Positions 12,099 to 24,855 of a stretch of 64,000 nucleotides of DNA are shown here, in pieces; the stretch's first letter is position 1; the number at the start of each line of letters is the position of its first letter. The stretch comes from Lepidodermella squamata. Its lineage: Eukaryota; Animalia; Gastrotricha. The position numbers were made by a program, and so were the translations under genes. The notes beneath the pieces are model-generated. The model was not told the origin of the DNA and did not search any database. It saw nothing but the letters and a program-made list of their open reading frames with translations. Location of the stretch: positions 744,001-808,000 of the forward strand of contig JBLDXI010000024.1 of assembly GCA_047495785.1 (NCBI GenBank), given 5' to 3'.

Positions 12099-15044
12099 CT
12101 CGGCTACCAGTCAAATTCAAGTTTTAGAAAAAATAACTAGTTTACATGACACTTATTCATCGACTTATGACGTTCCTTTGTTAGTCGGAGACTTCAACAT
12201 AAGAATAGGCAATCAGTCGGAAACCTTAACTGATGACGAAGCTTTCTACCCACTAGCGCCTCGCAGATCCAAGGACACTAGTGTATCCACCTCTAGCGTG
12301 GTCAAACATTTTTTCTCTATGTGTAATCATATGTCCTGTTATGTCGCGAATGGTCGCTGCAGTGGCGACCGTCAAGGCGAATTCACCTTTGTTGGCCACA
12401 ACGGTCAATCCGTGATCGATTACTGTCTCCTTCCTCCAGATTTGCTGGCGAGCAAATTCTCAACTTTTTCTGTTCGCCAGGATATCATTAACTCTGACCA
12501 CTTTCCCATAGCATACTATTTGAAATCAGATGAGATCACATTTAAGCAGACTAGCGCTTCCACGTCTTATACTAAGGTGCACTTCGATTCAGGTGCGTTC
12601 CATAATCACCTTTTAAATACTGACATCGACTCATTTGCGGATAACTTACCTCAAATGCCTAACGATGCTTTGCGCTCTACGCTAGATCTTATCAGTAATT
12701 TTGCCACTAGAGGCCACATCCCTTATGATACTAAAATTATCGAGGCCGACTCGACCCGCCCGGATGTCGGGGATCATGTGAATTTTTGTTTATACAGAAA
12801 ACAAGCTAACGCCTCGCGCAAAATGCGCCGCATATTAAATCGTAACAAGGAAATATCAGTAATCAACAGCGATAAAACTAAACGTTCTCTCTGGGTGGCT
12901 TTCAAAACAGCGCCTCTTTCTCCCCAAAATCAACCGCAGATGCACGAATGGGTCGAATTTTTCGGGGAGCTCTACCGAAATCGGAATGTTGTCTCACCCC
13001 CACTCGAACTCACAACATCAGACCCAATACTGGATGCTCCTTTGACTATTGACGAAGTCAAAATGGCCATAGAACTTCAAAAAGCAGGTAAGGCGCCCGG
13101 CCCGGATGGTATTACAGCTGAATTCATGCAACACAGTGACCTGAATGTTTCTTTTTTCAGCAAGACGCTCTTTAAAATTTTTGAACCGTGTTTCCTTAGC
13201 TACACCCTGCCATCGGGACTAAATTTGTCTCTGTTTTGCACCTTGTTCAAAAAAGGTGACTCCTCTAAGCCGGACAACTACCGGCCATTATCTCTTTTAT
13301 CCGTAATATACAAAACTTATTCTACTATACTGAAATTGAGACTGGAAAAGTGGTGTAGAATTCACTCGATCATACCTGAAGAGCAGTTTGGTTTCGAAAA
13401 AGGATTATCGCGCTTACACGCGGCTTTCGTCCTTCAGTCGTTGGCGACGTACCAAATCCACGTTCGCGGTAGAATGCTCTTTATATGTTTAATCGACTTT
13501 ACTAAAGCTTTCGACTGCGTTCCTCACAACCGTCTTATATGGAAATGCCAGCGATTAGGTATCTCATCTTCCTTTGCCAAGAGATTGAACTCTCTCTATT
13601 CCGACGCTAAAGCCAAAGTGCGAGTTGGCAGCAAACTGTCTATTGCAGACATCGCCATTGAACGCGGTGTTAGACAGGGTGACGTCTTAGGTCCCCTAAT
13701 GTACAATCTGTATACCGCCGATTTGCCTCTTCATCTGGCTGAGAATGCCAAAAATCTATCAGACATTCCTAAGTTACTTTCTACCAAGGTACTTTGCGTA
13801 TTATATGCGGACGACTCCACACCCACTGCAACTAACGCGGTGGATTTGCAAATACAGATTGATGCTATGTCGCCGTATTCTACTAGAGAAGGGCTCAGCC
13901 CTAACCCCGGTAAAACGAAAGTTATCATTTTTTCCCAAGCTCCTGTTTCACCTGACCGTTACTCCTTTAATATGAACGGCGTACCTCTCAAAGTTGTAAA
14001 ATCTGATTTCTACCTAGGCGTACCGATATCCAGCGACTTGAGCTGGTTTGAAGCTATTGAAAATGCGCTTACACGTGGCAATAGCTGTTACAACGCTCTT
14101 TCCTCTCATAGGATCAAATTGAGTATGATAGAACGCAATAACTTGGATACACTATTTTGTAGCAAAATTGAAGCGGCGATGCTTGCAGGCTCCGAACTCT
14201 GGGGCCTCTTCGCCCCTAGCCGTGTTGCTAAATTGGACAGCGTCTGTTATAAGTATTATAAAAGAGCGCGCGACATTCCGTACAATGCGTCTAGTTTATC
14301 AACTGGTTTTGTTATGGGACTTATTCCCCCTAGCCTAAAGGCGAAACTCAATGCAGTCAAGTTTACATGTGAGCTGACGAAATGTGCCAACCCCTTAGTG
14401 AATGATGCTTTTTCTTTTTACTTCCATTCTCGTCCGAAGATGGGTGTCTTAAATCCCATCCACGCAACTCGTAAATTTCTATTATCCTACAATCTGCCTC
14501 CCGACTTCTGGTTTATGCGTGACCCGGCAGTCATGGAGCAATTTTTCAACCTAGTCAAAGACTGCTATGTTTCTGAACTATCTGTCAAATTTCATAATAA
14601 ATATAATGCCAGCTACCTATTAGCCAGGGACGGTTACTTTGGCATTAGTAAGATATTCGAAAATTATCCACCTGACCTTAGAAATACTGCTCTGCGAGTC
14701 GTCACGAACACCGTCTTTCGCCGTATCGAACATTTTATTTTCAGAATTGATGATGTTACATGTATGTTCTGTGGTAACGTTACTCCTCTGAGCCAGTTAG
14801 CCTACCATATTTCTTACGACTGTTTATCTGTTGCTGGCCACGACCCTGCAAGGCTGCTTAGTGCTGACAATAGAATTGTAAAAAATACCTTAATTTTCTT
14901 CAAACGTCTGGAGAAAATAGTTAGCACAGCCATTCAAACTACTGTCTGAGGATTGGCAAATTACCTTTGACAATAGGGCTTTCCTCTGCCCAATGATCTA
15001 ATTTGCTTTCTAGGGATCCTGAGGTTCCCTAGTTATGAGGGCAG
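12099..15044 (+). mobile_element. 5'-truncated non-LTR retrotransposon (APE endonuclease C-half, RT, C-terminal CCHC finger), RTE-X/CR1-group-like
   Basis: Uninterrupted ORF to 14949 with GDFN, IDY, SDH (APE); KAPGPDG, NYRPLSLL, QFGF, DFTKAFD, GVRQGD, YADD (RT); CMFC..H...DC. 11-bp direct repeat GAGTTTTGGAA at 12088-12098 and 15045-15055 is the TSD. Clade assignment tentative. Confidence 0.92.
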
Positions 15045-15340
15045 GAGTTTTGGAAGTGTTGTAGTACTTTCGGCATTCGGTTCGGCACACGTACGGCCGC
15101 ACAAGTCTTGAGACTTATGTTCTTGGTGTGAGTTTCTTACGCTATACCAGCGGGTAGGTACCTTTTTCCTGGCTTCGCATTGAACCCATGACGATAGAAT
15201 TTGTTGCTCTTTGCTCTTTGCTCAAAACTTAACACTCAGTATTTACCTTTTACCCCTACCTACCACGAGTGCCACGCTTTGCAGCTGTGCGAGGGAACTC
15301 TGCTGTGTGCATTATCCTCAAATGATTATTTTTGTCTAGT

Positions 15341-16795
15341 ATGAATTTCCTAAGACGTTTGATTGATGGTGCCGATGAAGAAAGCGAAGAGGACGAGCGC
15401 TCATCAGAAGGTTCGTAGCTGTACGCTTTCAAATCGCCTATTGAAACATGCCTTTCTCTGTACAGCCGAGTCTGATGCTGAATCGTCATCCGAAGCAAAG
15501 AGACCCAGGGCAACGTTTGATCCGACGGTGCCAGAGACGCATGCAGTAAGAGTCAGAGGTTCAATTAATGGCTACATCGTCATTCAGTAGTATTTTCTAG
15601 TACTTGGGGGAGTTAGAAGAGGTTGCCGGTACCACAATATTGGAGACCAATGCGTTTACCACAATTCCGCTTATTATTCGCGAGAATCTAATCGTACTTC
15701 CTGGACAAATGATTCCTCTTCATATATACGAACCAGCTCAAGTGAGAGTGATGCAGCAGCTTTTGCAAGGAGATAAAATATTCGGAGTTATGTGCGCAAG
15801 GTTAGCTACTTTCTATCTATTCCTGATATCAATACGGCATCTCTTTAAATTTTAGGCATGAGAGCTCTATACCCTCTGTTGGTACGACTGCTGAAATAAT
15901 TAACGTAAAGCAGGAACATGACGAGCTAATAGGTATGACAATGATGTCTGTGAAAGCTGTCGGGAGGCAGCGTTTTGTACTCAGAAATCGCCATGGCAGT
16001 GAAAATGGGTAACTTCGTTTACGGTTGACCATATAATGATTAATGATTTATTCCTGGCCAGTGTACTGCTGGGGGACGTTGAAATTATCGAGGATATATA
16101 CACGCCAAATCCCGCTAAAACATATACTCGCCACAAAGATTCTGTAAGCTGAAATTTTTTTATCGTATTTAATAAATATGTTTTTACTACTCTAGTGGGC
16201 ACTGAGCTCGACACCTCGTTTCCTTCTCAATGCTTATGACTGCAATCATCTATTTCATGCGGTGAAAAGCCGGCTTTCACCATGGTCAATTGATACGAAG
16301 CTAATTCCTTCTGATCCTACCGAATTCTCATTTTGGGTCACTGGAAATTTGCCGCTAGGCGATGACATAAAATTGCAGTTAATTGGTCTTCAATCAGCTG
16401 TGCAACGACTTCGAATGATTTATCATCTGCTTGAAAAATGCTCAACTCTGCGCTGCGTTACTTGCAGCGCCGAAATCAGCGAGACTTCATCAATTTTCAC
16501 TATGTCAGTTCGAGGCCCCATGGGCACATTCGTTAATCCTCATGGCTGGGTGCACCAAATGTTCACCGTTTCTGCTTCGAGGGGTTTCGTCTTACGAGGC
16601 CGCCGAACCGAGCAGGATTCTTGGTTCCCCGGCTACGCGTGGACTATAATGGAGTGCACAACTTGCCATTCACACTTGGGGTGGCAGTTTACCTCAGTCA
16701 AACACAAACTAGAACCTCTGCGTTTTTTTGGACTATGTAGACGTTCTGTTCAACCTTCAATAAGCCCGGAAGAAAAGAAAGCATTACCTTTCTAA
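15341..16795 (+). CDS. CRBN: Cereblon, multi-exon
   Basis: FDPTVPETHAYLGELEE, LON-like domain (LPGQMIPL, VGTTAEI, KAVGRQRF), FSFWVTGNLPL, CULT domain CVTC...FVNPHGWVH...SWFPGYAWT..CTTC..HLGWQF; short GT-AG introns join the frames. Confidence 0.93.
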
Positions 16796-16849
16796 TTTTT
16801 TACTAAAAGTGAATATGAGATAAGTATCAATAGCTTTGTTCTGTTTAGA

Positions 16850-18516
16850 ATGATTTGGATAATTATTTACGTGGCTATTTTCATCATTTCGCTATGGATG
16901 TTATACAACACTGTGGTGGAGAAAGGACCTCGAAAATTCGCGGCCAAGAAGGATCTGGTCCCGGATTTTAATTTCATCGATCATCCTGAGGTCGCTCAAC
17001 GCCTTGCAAAGGCAATAACGTTTAAAACCATCTCTCATGCCACTGATGATATTAATACAGACGAAACACGAAAATTGCTAGCCTATCTCGAGGAAGAATT
17101 TCCTTTGATGCATGGGAAGCACAAATTGGTCACTTACGAAGTTGTGAATGAATTTTCTCGGCTTTACACAATACAAGGCTCAGATCCGGATGCAAAAGCC
17201 TTCTTGATGAATGCTCACACAGATGTCGTCCCGACTGATAACCAAGCGTGGACCTCGGATCCATTTAATACTGGGGTTACAGCGGATGGTTGGATTTTCG
17301 GGCGTGGCGCTATCGACGATAAGGGCTCCGTACTGGTAAGCTAGCTTTGATACCGCTGTTATCGCAGGCCAACTTATCTCCCGCTTCAACAGGCTATTAT
17401 GGAGTCACTCAGTTACCTATTGCGCAACGGTTTCAAACCGAAACGGACTATTTACGTGGCGTTGTGCCACGATGAGGAAGTATCTGGTGTAGCCGGGGCT
17501 AAGGCTATTACCGACATGCTGGTATCACGAAATGTGAAAGTGGAATTTGTTCACGACGAAGGAATGATGGTTTTACACCAATTGATTCCAGGGCTGAAGA
17601 AAGATGTCGCAGTGTAAGCAGAAATGACTAATTAGTGATTTGTAATATCGGCGTTTAATCTAGAATTGGAGTGACGGAAAAAGGCTACGTAGATGTGGAG
17701 ATTTCGTTGAATAACTCATCGGCTGCGGGTCACAGTTCAGCCGCGATTCCCGGCGTTGGCGTTTTGGGAAAATTGGGCGCGGTTGCCCACGAAGCTGAGA
17801 AGCGGCAAATGACCATGTACCTCAATGCTCCTACGATTGAAATGATGAGGTCGATTGCTACGGATATGTCTTTCCCTATCAAATTCGTCCTTCGTAACTG
17901 CCAAATTTTCTGGCCGTTGATCCGTTACGCCGTCTCAAAGACCGCAATTTGTAAGAATTTTGATCCAACTTGAAGATATTTCTATTTTATTCTTTATTCA
18001 GCAAACTTATTCCGAACAACTTCGAATGTGACCATGTTCAACGGTGGAGTAAAAGTAAATGTAATACCCTCTGAAGGGAAGTTGGTCATCAATCACAGGG
18101 TTCACCCTGAGGACTCAGTGGCCACGGTCCTTGCACGTGATCAATCGCTGTTATTCGACGAACATATGCAGTTAACAGCGGTACGGCCGACAGAACCGCA
18201 CCCCACTGCTCCGTTCGATTGGACAGCGGTGGGCTACCACAGCATAAAAGCCGCCATTGAACAAGCTTTCGGCCCTGATAAGGTCACAGTTGTCCCTGGA
18301 CTGATGATTGCCGCATCGGACAGCCGCCATTACCTTCGTCTGACGACGGCTTGCTACCGATTCTTGCCGACTCGAATTCGCATGAGCGAGGCGCATCGCT
18401 ATCACGGCCATGACGAAAAAATTTCGGTGGAAAATTACGAGCAGACAATCAATTTCTACATAAACATGATTCAAAATGCTGATTCATTTCAAGTAGATGA
18501 AATCTACTCTAAATAA
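16850..18516 (+). CDS. PM20D1: M20 metallopeptidase, N-fatty-acyl-amino acid synthase/hydrolase PM20D1-like, 4 exons
   Basis: N-terminal hydrophobic segment; AHTDVVP, GRGAIDDK, HDEE, HDEG, GHSS, GGVKVNVIP, SDSRHY, YHGHDEKIS. Confidence 0.85.
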
Positions 18517-18632
18517 CTGCTATTTTTCCATTAATTCTTCCATTTTCAAATCAAGTCTAATCATTCGATATGCCGCTAAATTCAACGCAAATTTTTTATA
18601 TCATGTTTTCACGACATTTTAGATGAATTAAA

Positions 18633-21600
18633 ATGACTTATAACACGGCTTATCTCGATGAATTAGTGGCCGAGTATTTGACGTATCGCGGATTTTTCGG
18701 GACGTTGAAGGCGTTTAAACAGGACCAGAAACAGGACAAATCGAAGGCGTTTAACATTGATCGGATTGTTGAATTTTTGTTGCAATTGACGTCGTCCGGC
18801 GATTTGCCGCTTCTGCGAGCAACATGGGCCCATTTGACATCGACAGTTTTTTCGCGACTGCCGGACACAATTCACGCAGCCGCCGCTCAGCGCATTGAAA
18901 TCGCTCTGTATAAGCTGTATTTGGTCTACGCGTTTCAGAGCGGGAAAAAGGACAAAATTGCGGAATTTTTTCAAACAATGAGTTCGGTTTTAATCAGTAA
19001 CTCAGACAGCTCAGCGTGGAAAGACTGGTTAGCGTTTCCATACGTGAGCCAGCCTAACAATCAGGCGCCTTTCGCACTATGTTTCACGCGACCTTGGCAA
19101 GATTCAGTCACCATATCACTGACAAATCTACTAATGGTTGCGTTTAATTTACTACCGAAACCTAGACTGGTTCTGCTGATGGAACATATAAGCAAATTAG
19201 AGTCGGATTTAACCCGAGTCCGGGATGGAAATTTCAATAACGGCGCGTTGAAGGATCCGAGCGAAGACCGGGGTAACGGCAGTCGACATTCGGTCGTGCT
19301 TGTCGAGCCAAGTGATTCGATGCCATCGCGGCCATCGCGTCGCTTGCTTTCATTTTTCCTGTCGAATAAACATTCATCATCCACGGCATCGGCCAATACA
19401 TCGCCGCAGACAAATGGGCAGGATTTCAGGCGGTCGAAATCGCAGTCGTCGTTCGCGCGCCCTAATTTGGTTGGAACGCCGGAAAATCCGAGCGAGCTCG
19501 ACCGGTTAGGCGTTGAGTCTGAAACGGATGATACTGTGGTGATATCGCGCGAAGTGCCTGATAACAACCGCAATTCTCGCGGTAAAATCATGCATTTAGA
19601 CACGTCTGAGACTAGTGATGCAAGCGCGGCGGAAGATGCGTTCGATAATCATGAAAACGATGAAAATAACGACAACAGCAGCGAGGAGCGGCGGAGTGAT
19701 GAGGCGAAATTCGATGATGACGAGAATACCGCGACGCCGAAGGGAGACTCGATTTCGGCGACTGCGTCGATTTCGCATTCGTTACCAGCTCAAAGTTTTA
19801 TGGAAAAGGTGTTGGATTCGTTTGGATCGATGACGCCTGCTGGGAAGAATGGTGGCGGCGGTGAAAAGCGTGCGCCGCAGATGGCTGTTCGAAAGCAGGC
19901 GTCGACTACGAAATTCACGTGCCTTGATACCGAACGGGCTGAAGTGCCTGGCTGCCATGGCAACGCGCTGGTTCGTTATTCCGCCGATGGCCGCTTCCTG
20001 GGCGTCTTGAGCCAATCAGCTCAGGTGAGATTTTTATTAATACCTATACCTTTTGACGGATAACTAACTGCTCAGTGGCATTTTTTTTTATCTATGAGCC
20101 ATTCATCAACGATCCAGGTTTAGTGAAGTTAAAGGCTCAGCTGTAAAAAAATTAGGTTTAGATAGATTTTGATGAAACACACACTTCGGCTATTAGCAAC
20201 GAAACGGATGGCCTTCATATGCCTATTCGGAGGGTCCTTGTTGTGTATGCGAAGTAGTATGCTTCGGGGACGATTACGTCAACAACCTCGCGGTCGAGTC
20301 CGCGGAAATTTTGGAAGTCACGGTGGACGGTAGAAATGTGGTGAAATCCTATACTTCTGCCAGTTCCCAACAAATCAATTGTGCTCGATAGCACGGCTGG
20401 TTTCTAACATAAAACCGACTGCTTAACTCCTTCGCAGGACGCGACCCGTCGCTAGTTCGTCTCTCCACTGAACTATCTCAGAGATGTTTCGAATAAATGA
20501 CCAGCCATCTTGTAAACTCGGCACGAACACTTCTTCACAAATCCAAATTTTGAAGGAAATCCTTCGGACATGTAGTAAATGGAACATTTGATTCCACAAC
20601 GCCGTTGTAACTACGCTTACGAAGAGCCTTCTTCGCCAAGCGCAAGCTGTGTACTGATCGACCAGGGAATCGTAAAACGTATCGTACGTATCGAAAAATT
20701 GTCATTCAAACGGCTGACACTTCGATCAATTTCGGCATCAACCAACAAGGCTATTTCGTTGAAATTCATGATGATAGATCGTTGAATAATGATTTCAAAT
20801 AGATAAAAAAAAAAATTATGTATCCAGCTTATTTTTTAAGATTACGGTTTTTATTGGTTCTTTTTTTGCGAGCACGCGTTGCTATTTCCCATTAAAACCT
20901 AACAACACCACGACATTGGCCAGGTCGAATTGGGCTATAAATATTTAAAACCTCATTTTTTCAAAAAACACTGGTTGTGCATTTTAACGATGTAGACGAG
21001 ACTTGAGCCTAAAACGTTTAATTTTCATTATTTCCGTCCAAATGAAAAATCGTAGCGATCAGGAATTCAAAACGAGCCGCAGAAATGGGACAACATTATA
21101 GACTACTATAAGAAATTATTCATGATTGTTGTAAACTCGTTGATATCAAGTTGTCTGATTCGTTTTCGAAGCATATTTTTTATTGGCAAAAATTGGTCTG
21201 GTTTCATGCGCTTGTAACTTTGGCGATTTTCAGAGACCTTGTGGATCCTTAATGCATGATAACCGTCTTGGAGAACCTGCATAGGCATAGGGTTGTTAAC
21301 TTGCAATGAATAGCGCTCAGGGTGCAAGCGACCAACTATAATTTGATTAATTGGACGCTTGCGACCTTTAAAAGCAGTGGCTAAGAAGCGACAACCCAGC
21401 AGCATAGTCTGCTCGTCAAGGGTCACAATCGGTTTGCTCGACTTCGATTTCTTGAACAATGTTTCGGCGGAGTCGAAAGGTAGAGTAGGGGGAGGGAAAT
21501 TTATTTTCCCGTATACATCTGTCTTTGACAGATTTTCGTATGCGAATAACATTGAAGCAGCTACGTGGGCGCATTTATACTGACCTACTTGACAGGAGCA

Positions 21601-23206
21601 GGAATACTTGGTGAAGCCTTCAGAGTTGAAAGAGAATGACACAGTGTGAGCTGAAGTCGTGGAGTAGGAGCGAAGAACTTTTGTCTTAACAGTACCGTTA
21701 AGGCACTCAAACTCGTTGACAAAATCAAAGGGAAAATGCCCATATCATGGCATTTCATTGCAAAACACGCTGGCTGGAGTCAATGGCAATTGCATAAAAT
21801 GTAAATCATCAACGGATAATCATAAGAGAGCATTCTGCTAAGCTGATGCGCCTTTAAAAAACAAACTAGGACATCTGAAAGCGCAGTCTAACCGTAACAA
21901 ACTGCTGCCTCACGAGCCTTCTTCCTTGCGCAACCATCTAGATCATTTCGCGGACTAAGTGAATTGGCGTCCCTGAAATGTATAACAATTAAATTACAAA
22001 ATTTATTTATAATTTAATTCAATTTTGCAATATTCTGATCGGCCGAAACCCGAGTTACAAGCGCATGGGTAATAATAATAATTTGTATAATTTATTAGGC
22101 TGTGTTCATTTTCTCCGCCGATGCGATATCATCCCGAGGCGTTGTCACCTCAGCGCTAGTCTCCTCGCCGCCGTCGTGCTTCTGCATCGGCTCATCATCT
22201 CGGTCATCGGGCGTCGACGACCTCACGCAACTGCTAGTCGCTGTTGGCTCAAGCACCTCCGGCAAAATCTACGTCTTCTGCCACACCGACTCGACAGTTC
22301 GCACTTCGAAAATGACCATGTCTTCCAGCCAACTGCTCTTGGTACCCTTGGAACCAGGTAACAAAATAAGAGCACATCAAATTGTTTTAAACCTATCATT
22401 TCGATCAAGGAGCTATGTCGAAACAGCACAGTGTTGTGAGTGTTGATGCAGTGCCAAGCCAACTCGACGTGGCTGTAGCTATTGTCGCGTCGACGGACAA
22501 CAGCAATCAACCGGTGAAAGTCAGCTTCCCGTCGTCGCAGATCTACGTCGTCTCGCTCGTCGACCTCGTCGTCATGCGGCGCATCGAGCCCAACTTCACC
22601 ACCCCGCTATCGTGCCTCGTCTGCCTAGCCTCGCCTCCCAGCTCGTCGCCGCACAGCAGCCCGCGGCAACCCTCGTCATGGCTGATGGTTTGCGGCGACG
22701 CGGCTGGGTCACTATTCGGTACTTCATTCGCGGCTAGCCACTCGCAACAAGTCATCACGTGGAACAGCTTGAGGATCAACTCGTTCTCGAAAATCACGAA
22801 TTTACAACCGTTGCCTGATAACCGGCTGTTAGCCGCTGACTCAACTGGCCGATTCGCCGTCTGCCGCGTTGATTCAACGTCTGATGGCTCGTTGAATTTG
22901 ACCGCGTCCAGTGACAGCGATGCGTTCTGCAGCGCTGAAGTATCAACGTGGCCATCGGCGTCGCCCGACGGCCAGTACGCCGCTGTGCTATTCGACCGCG
23001 GCGCTTCGTTGTTCCTCGTCAACATCACTGCGCCGGATTTTGGCGATATTGTCGCCGTTCTGCCGGATTCTGAGCGCGAGACGGCGGGTAAAGATGGCGA
23101 TTTTGCGTGTGTCGCGTGGACGCCCTCTGTTTTGCAAACCGCTTTCACCTACATAGCAGCTCTGACTAAATCGGGCGATTTGCTTGTCTATAGATTGCTA
23201 ACTTGA
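18633..23206 (+). CDS. WDR91: WD repeat-containing protein 91 (divergent C-terminal propeller), 3 exons with a ~2.07 kb first intron
   Basis: N-terminus DELVAEYLTYRGF..TLKAF..D.K.DK.KAFNIDRIV and WKDWLAFPY...FTRPWQDS...SLTN match WDR91; donor at 20024, acceptor at ~22098, second intron ~22358-22408. Confidence 0.8.
20133..21853. mobile_element. Decayed DNA transposon in the WDR91 intron, Kolobok-like, with a SWIM zinc-finger ORF (21106-21642, minus)
   Basis: SWIM motif CSCQVGQYKCAH followed by LS.TD; candidate ends TTAA|AGGCTCAGCT (20129-) and AGCTGATGCGCCT|TTAA (-21857); frameshifted FHN...YA...LID relics on the plus strand near 20570-20680. Confidence 0.5.
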
Positions 23207-24855
23207 AGGAAAAAAACAACTTGTTAAATCAATTTCGCAAATTTTTGGCTGTGAGGTGTAAAAGCTGATAGAAAAACGTTAATGCTGAAGTATTCGGAGA
23301 TGAAAAAATGTGATAATTAAAAAGGTGCTATTTTTGAAAAAAACAATGCGAAGTATATTTTAGCGCCAAATTTAGAATTTTTCCTGGATTTTCGGTAAAA
23401 ACGAAACAATTCACGTCCAATTAAATTTCAAAATGTATTAGTAATTTTTTAAGGTAGATTTTTACGATTTCTGCAAATTTTTGTCTCCGAATATTTTTTC
23501 TCCGAGTGGTTGCGGCTGCTTGAAAATGAAACGGTATGCTTGGAATTTTGGTGCTATATGGACGTGAGGTTTCTTCGATATAAATTATCATTGCCGAAAT
23601 GATTTCTTCGCGATGTGACTTTGTTATTACTCTAATATTTTTATTGCTATATATGTATAAACTGCTGCATCATCGCCCGATCAACATTCCTTGAAGCTTC
23701 TTTTTTTCTCTCATGTCGCGTGCAATCTGCGTGAACGCAAAAAGCTTTGATTTTAAGTCATACCTACTTATTTGTTGATTAAATCTTTTCTGTGAAAAAA
23801 TGAAAAATGTATTAATATTGTATGGGAATTTTATGCGTTGAATAAACTTGACGACGAGAAATCTGACTCATTTGACATGTCGACTAACTGAGATTTCCAG
23901 CAAAGATTTCGCCACACCGAGTACAAAGAAGAATTTAATAACAAGGACTCAATTCTTAGGTTGACACAATCGTATTTGAAAAAGAATCAATCGCCCGGGA
24001 GGCCGTCAGGTGGGAAGCTGTGAGGAATTCACTGCATTTTTCATTCAACGAACATCGACGAACGATGAAATTCACTGTCTATAAGCTGAATCGCGTGTCG
24101 CGGCCTCGCAATTCAACTGTTCGCGTGCTGCGATTTCAACGCTCGACCAAGTCGAACCGCTGCTGGTTTTCAAGCCTCGAAACTCGGCCATTCGATGCCG
24201 TTCCATCGCGTCCCATGTCGCGAATTGACGCCCCGCCGCCGACCATCGACTCGTATCTTTCCGCGAAGAAACCGCAGTCGGCGTCGAATCCTGTCGATAA
24301 TTTCACTGGCTCACCTCGAGCACTACACCAACATTTACAATTCGGGAAATTTCGAATTCGATTCCGTCGAATTCGAAACGCAATTATGAAATTAAAAAAA
24401 GCAACAACAAAAGCTCAAATTTCGTCGTTTTATTTCGCTAATTTTCCACCAAAACCACCCGAACAGAAAACATGCAGACACCTAATCATAGAATAGTTAC
24501 AATAACGTATATCTCAGATGCTCATCACACTTCGGTATGTTTCATACTTATATACCATCATACCGTACACAACCAGCAGCGTCGAAAAACCTCACTACAA
24601 TATAAACGAAATGACGACAAGAAAAGATTGAACAGCAGTAGCCGAACCGGAACTGCCAGCAGCAAGTTTTTGAAACGAACCGAAAAAATTGAATTTAATA
24701 TATCATCACAACGGCAGCTTAGTTCACAACGATATAATAGTTGCATTATTACACAGTTTTACGTCATTATGACTTGCACGTCTTTTGGCTATGTTAATGA
24801 TAAGGTTATAGCGGGATTAAAGCTTCGAGGCTTCGTTTTATTCGTCGAAGTCGAA

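Noticed and set aside
14985-15044. SECIS element in the LINE 3' UTR (ATGA...TGA core)
   Set aside because: No proper helix II or apical AA motif, and no in-frame TGA inside the ORF; a generic k-turn-like motif fits better.
14950-15044. HDV-like or hammerhead ribozyme
   Set aside because: No CUGANGA/GAAA core, and no recognisable P3/L3 or catalytic-C junction on either strand.
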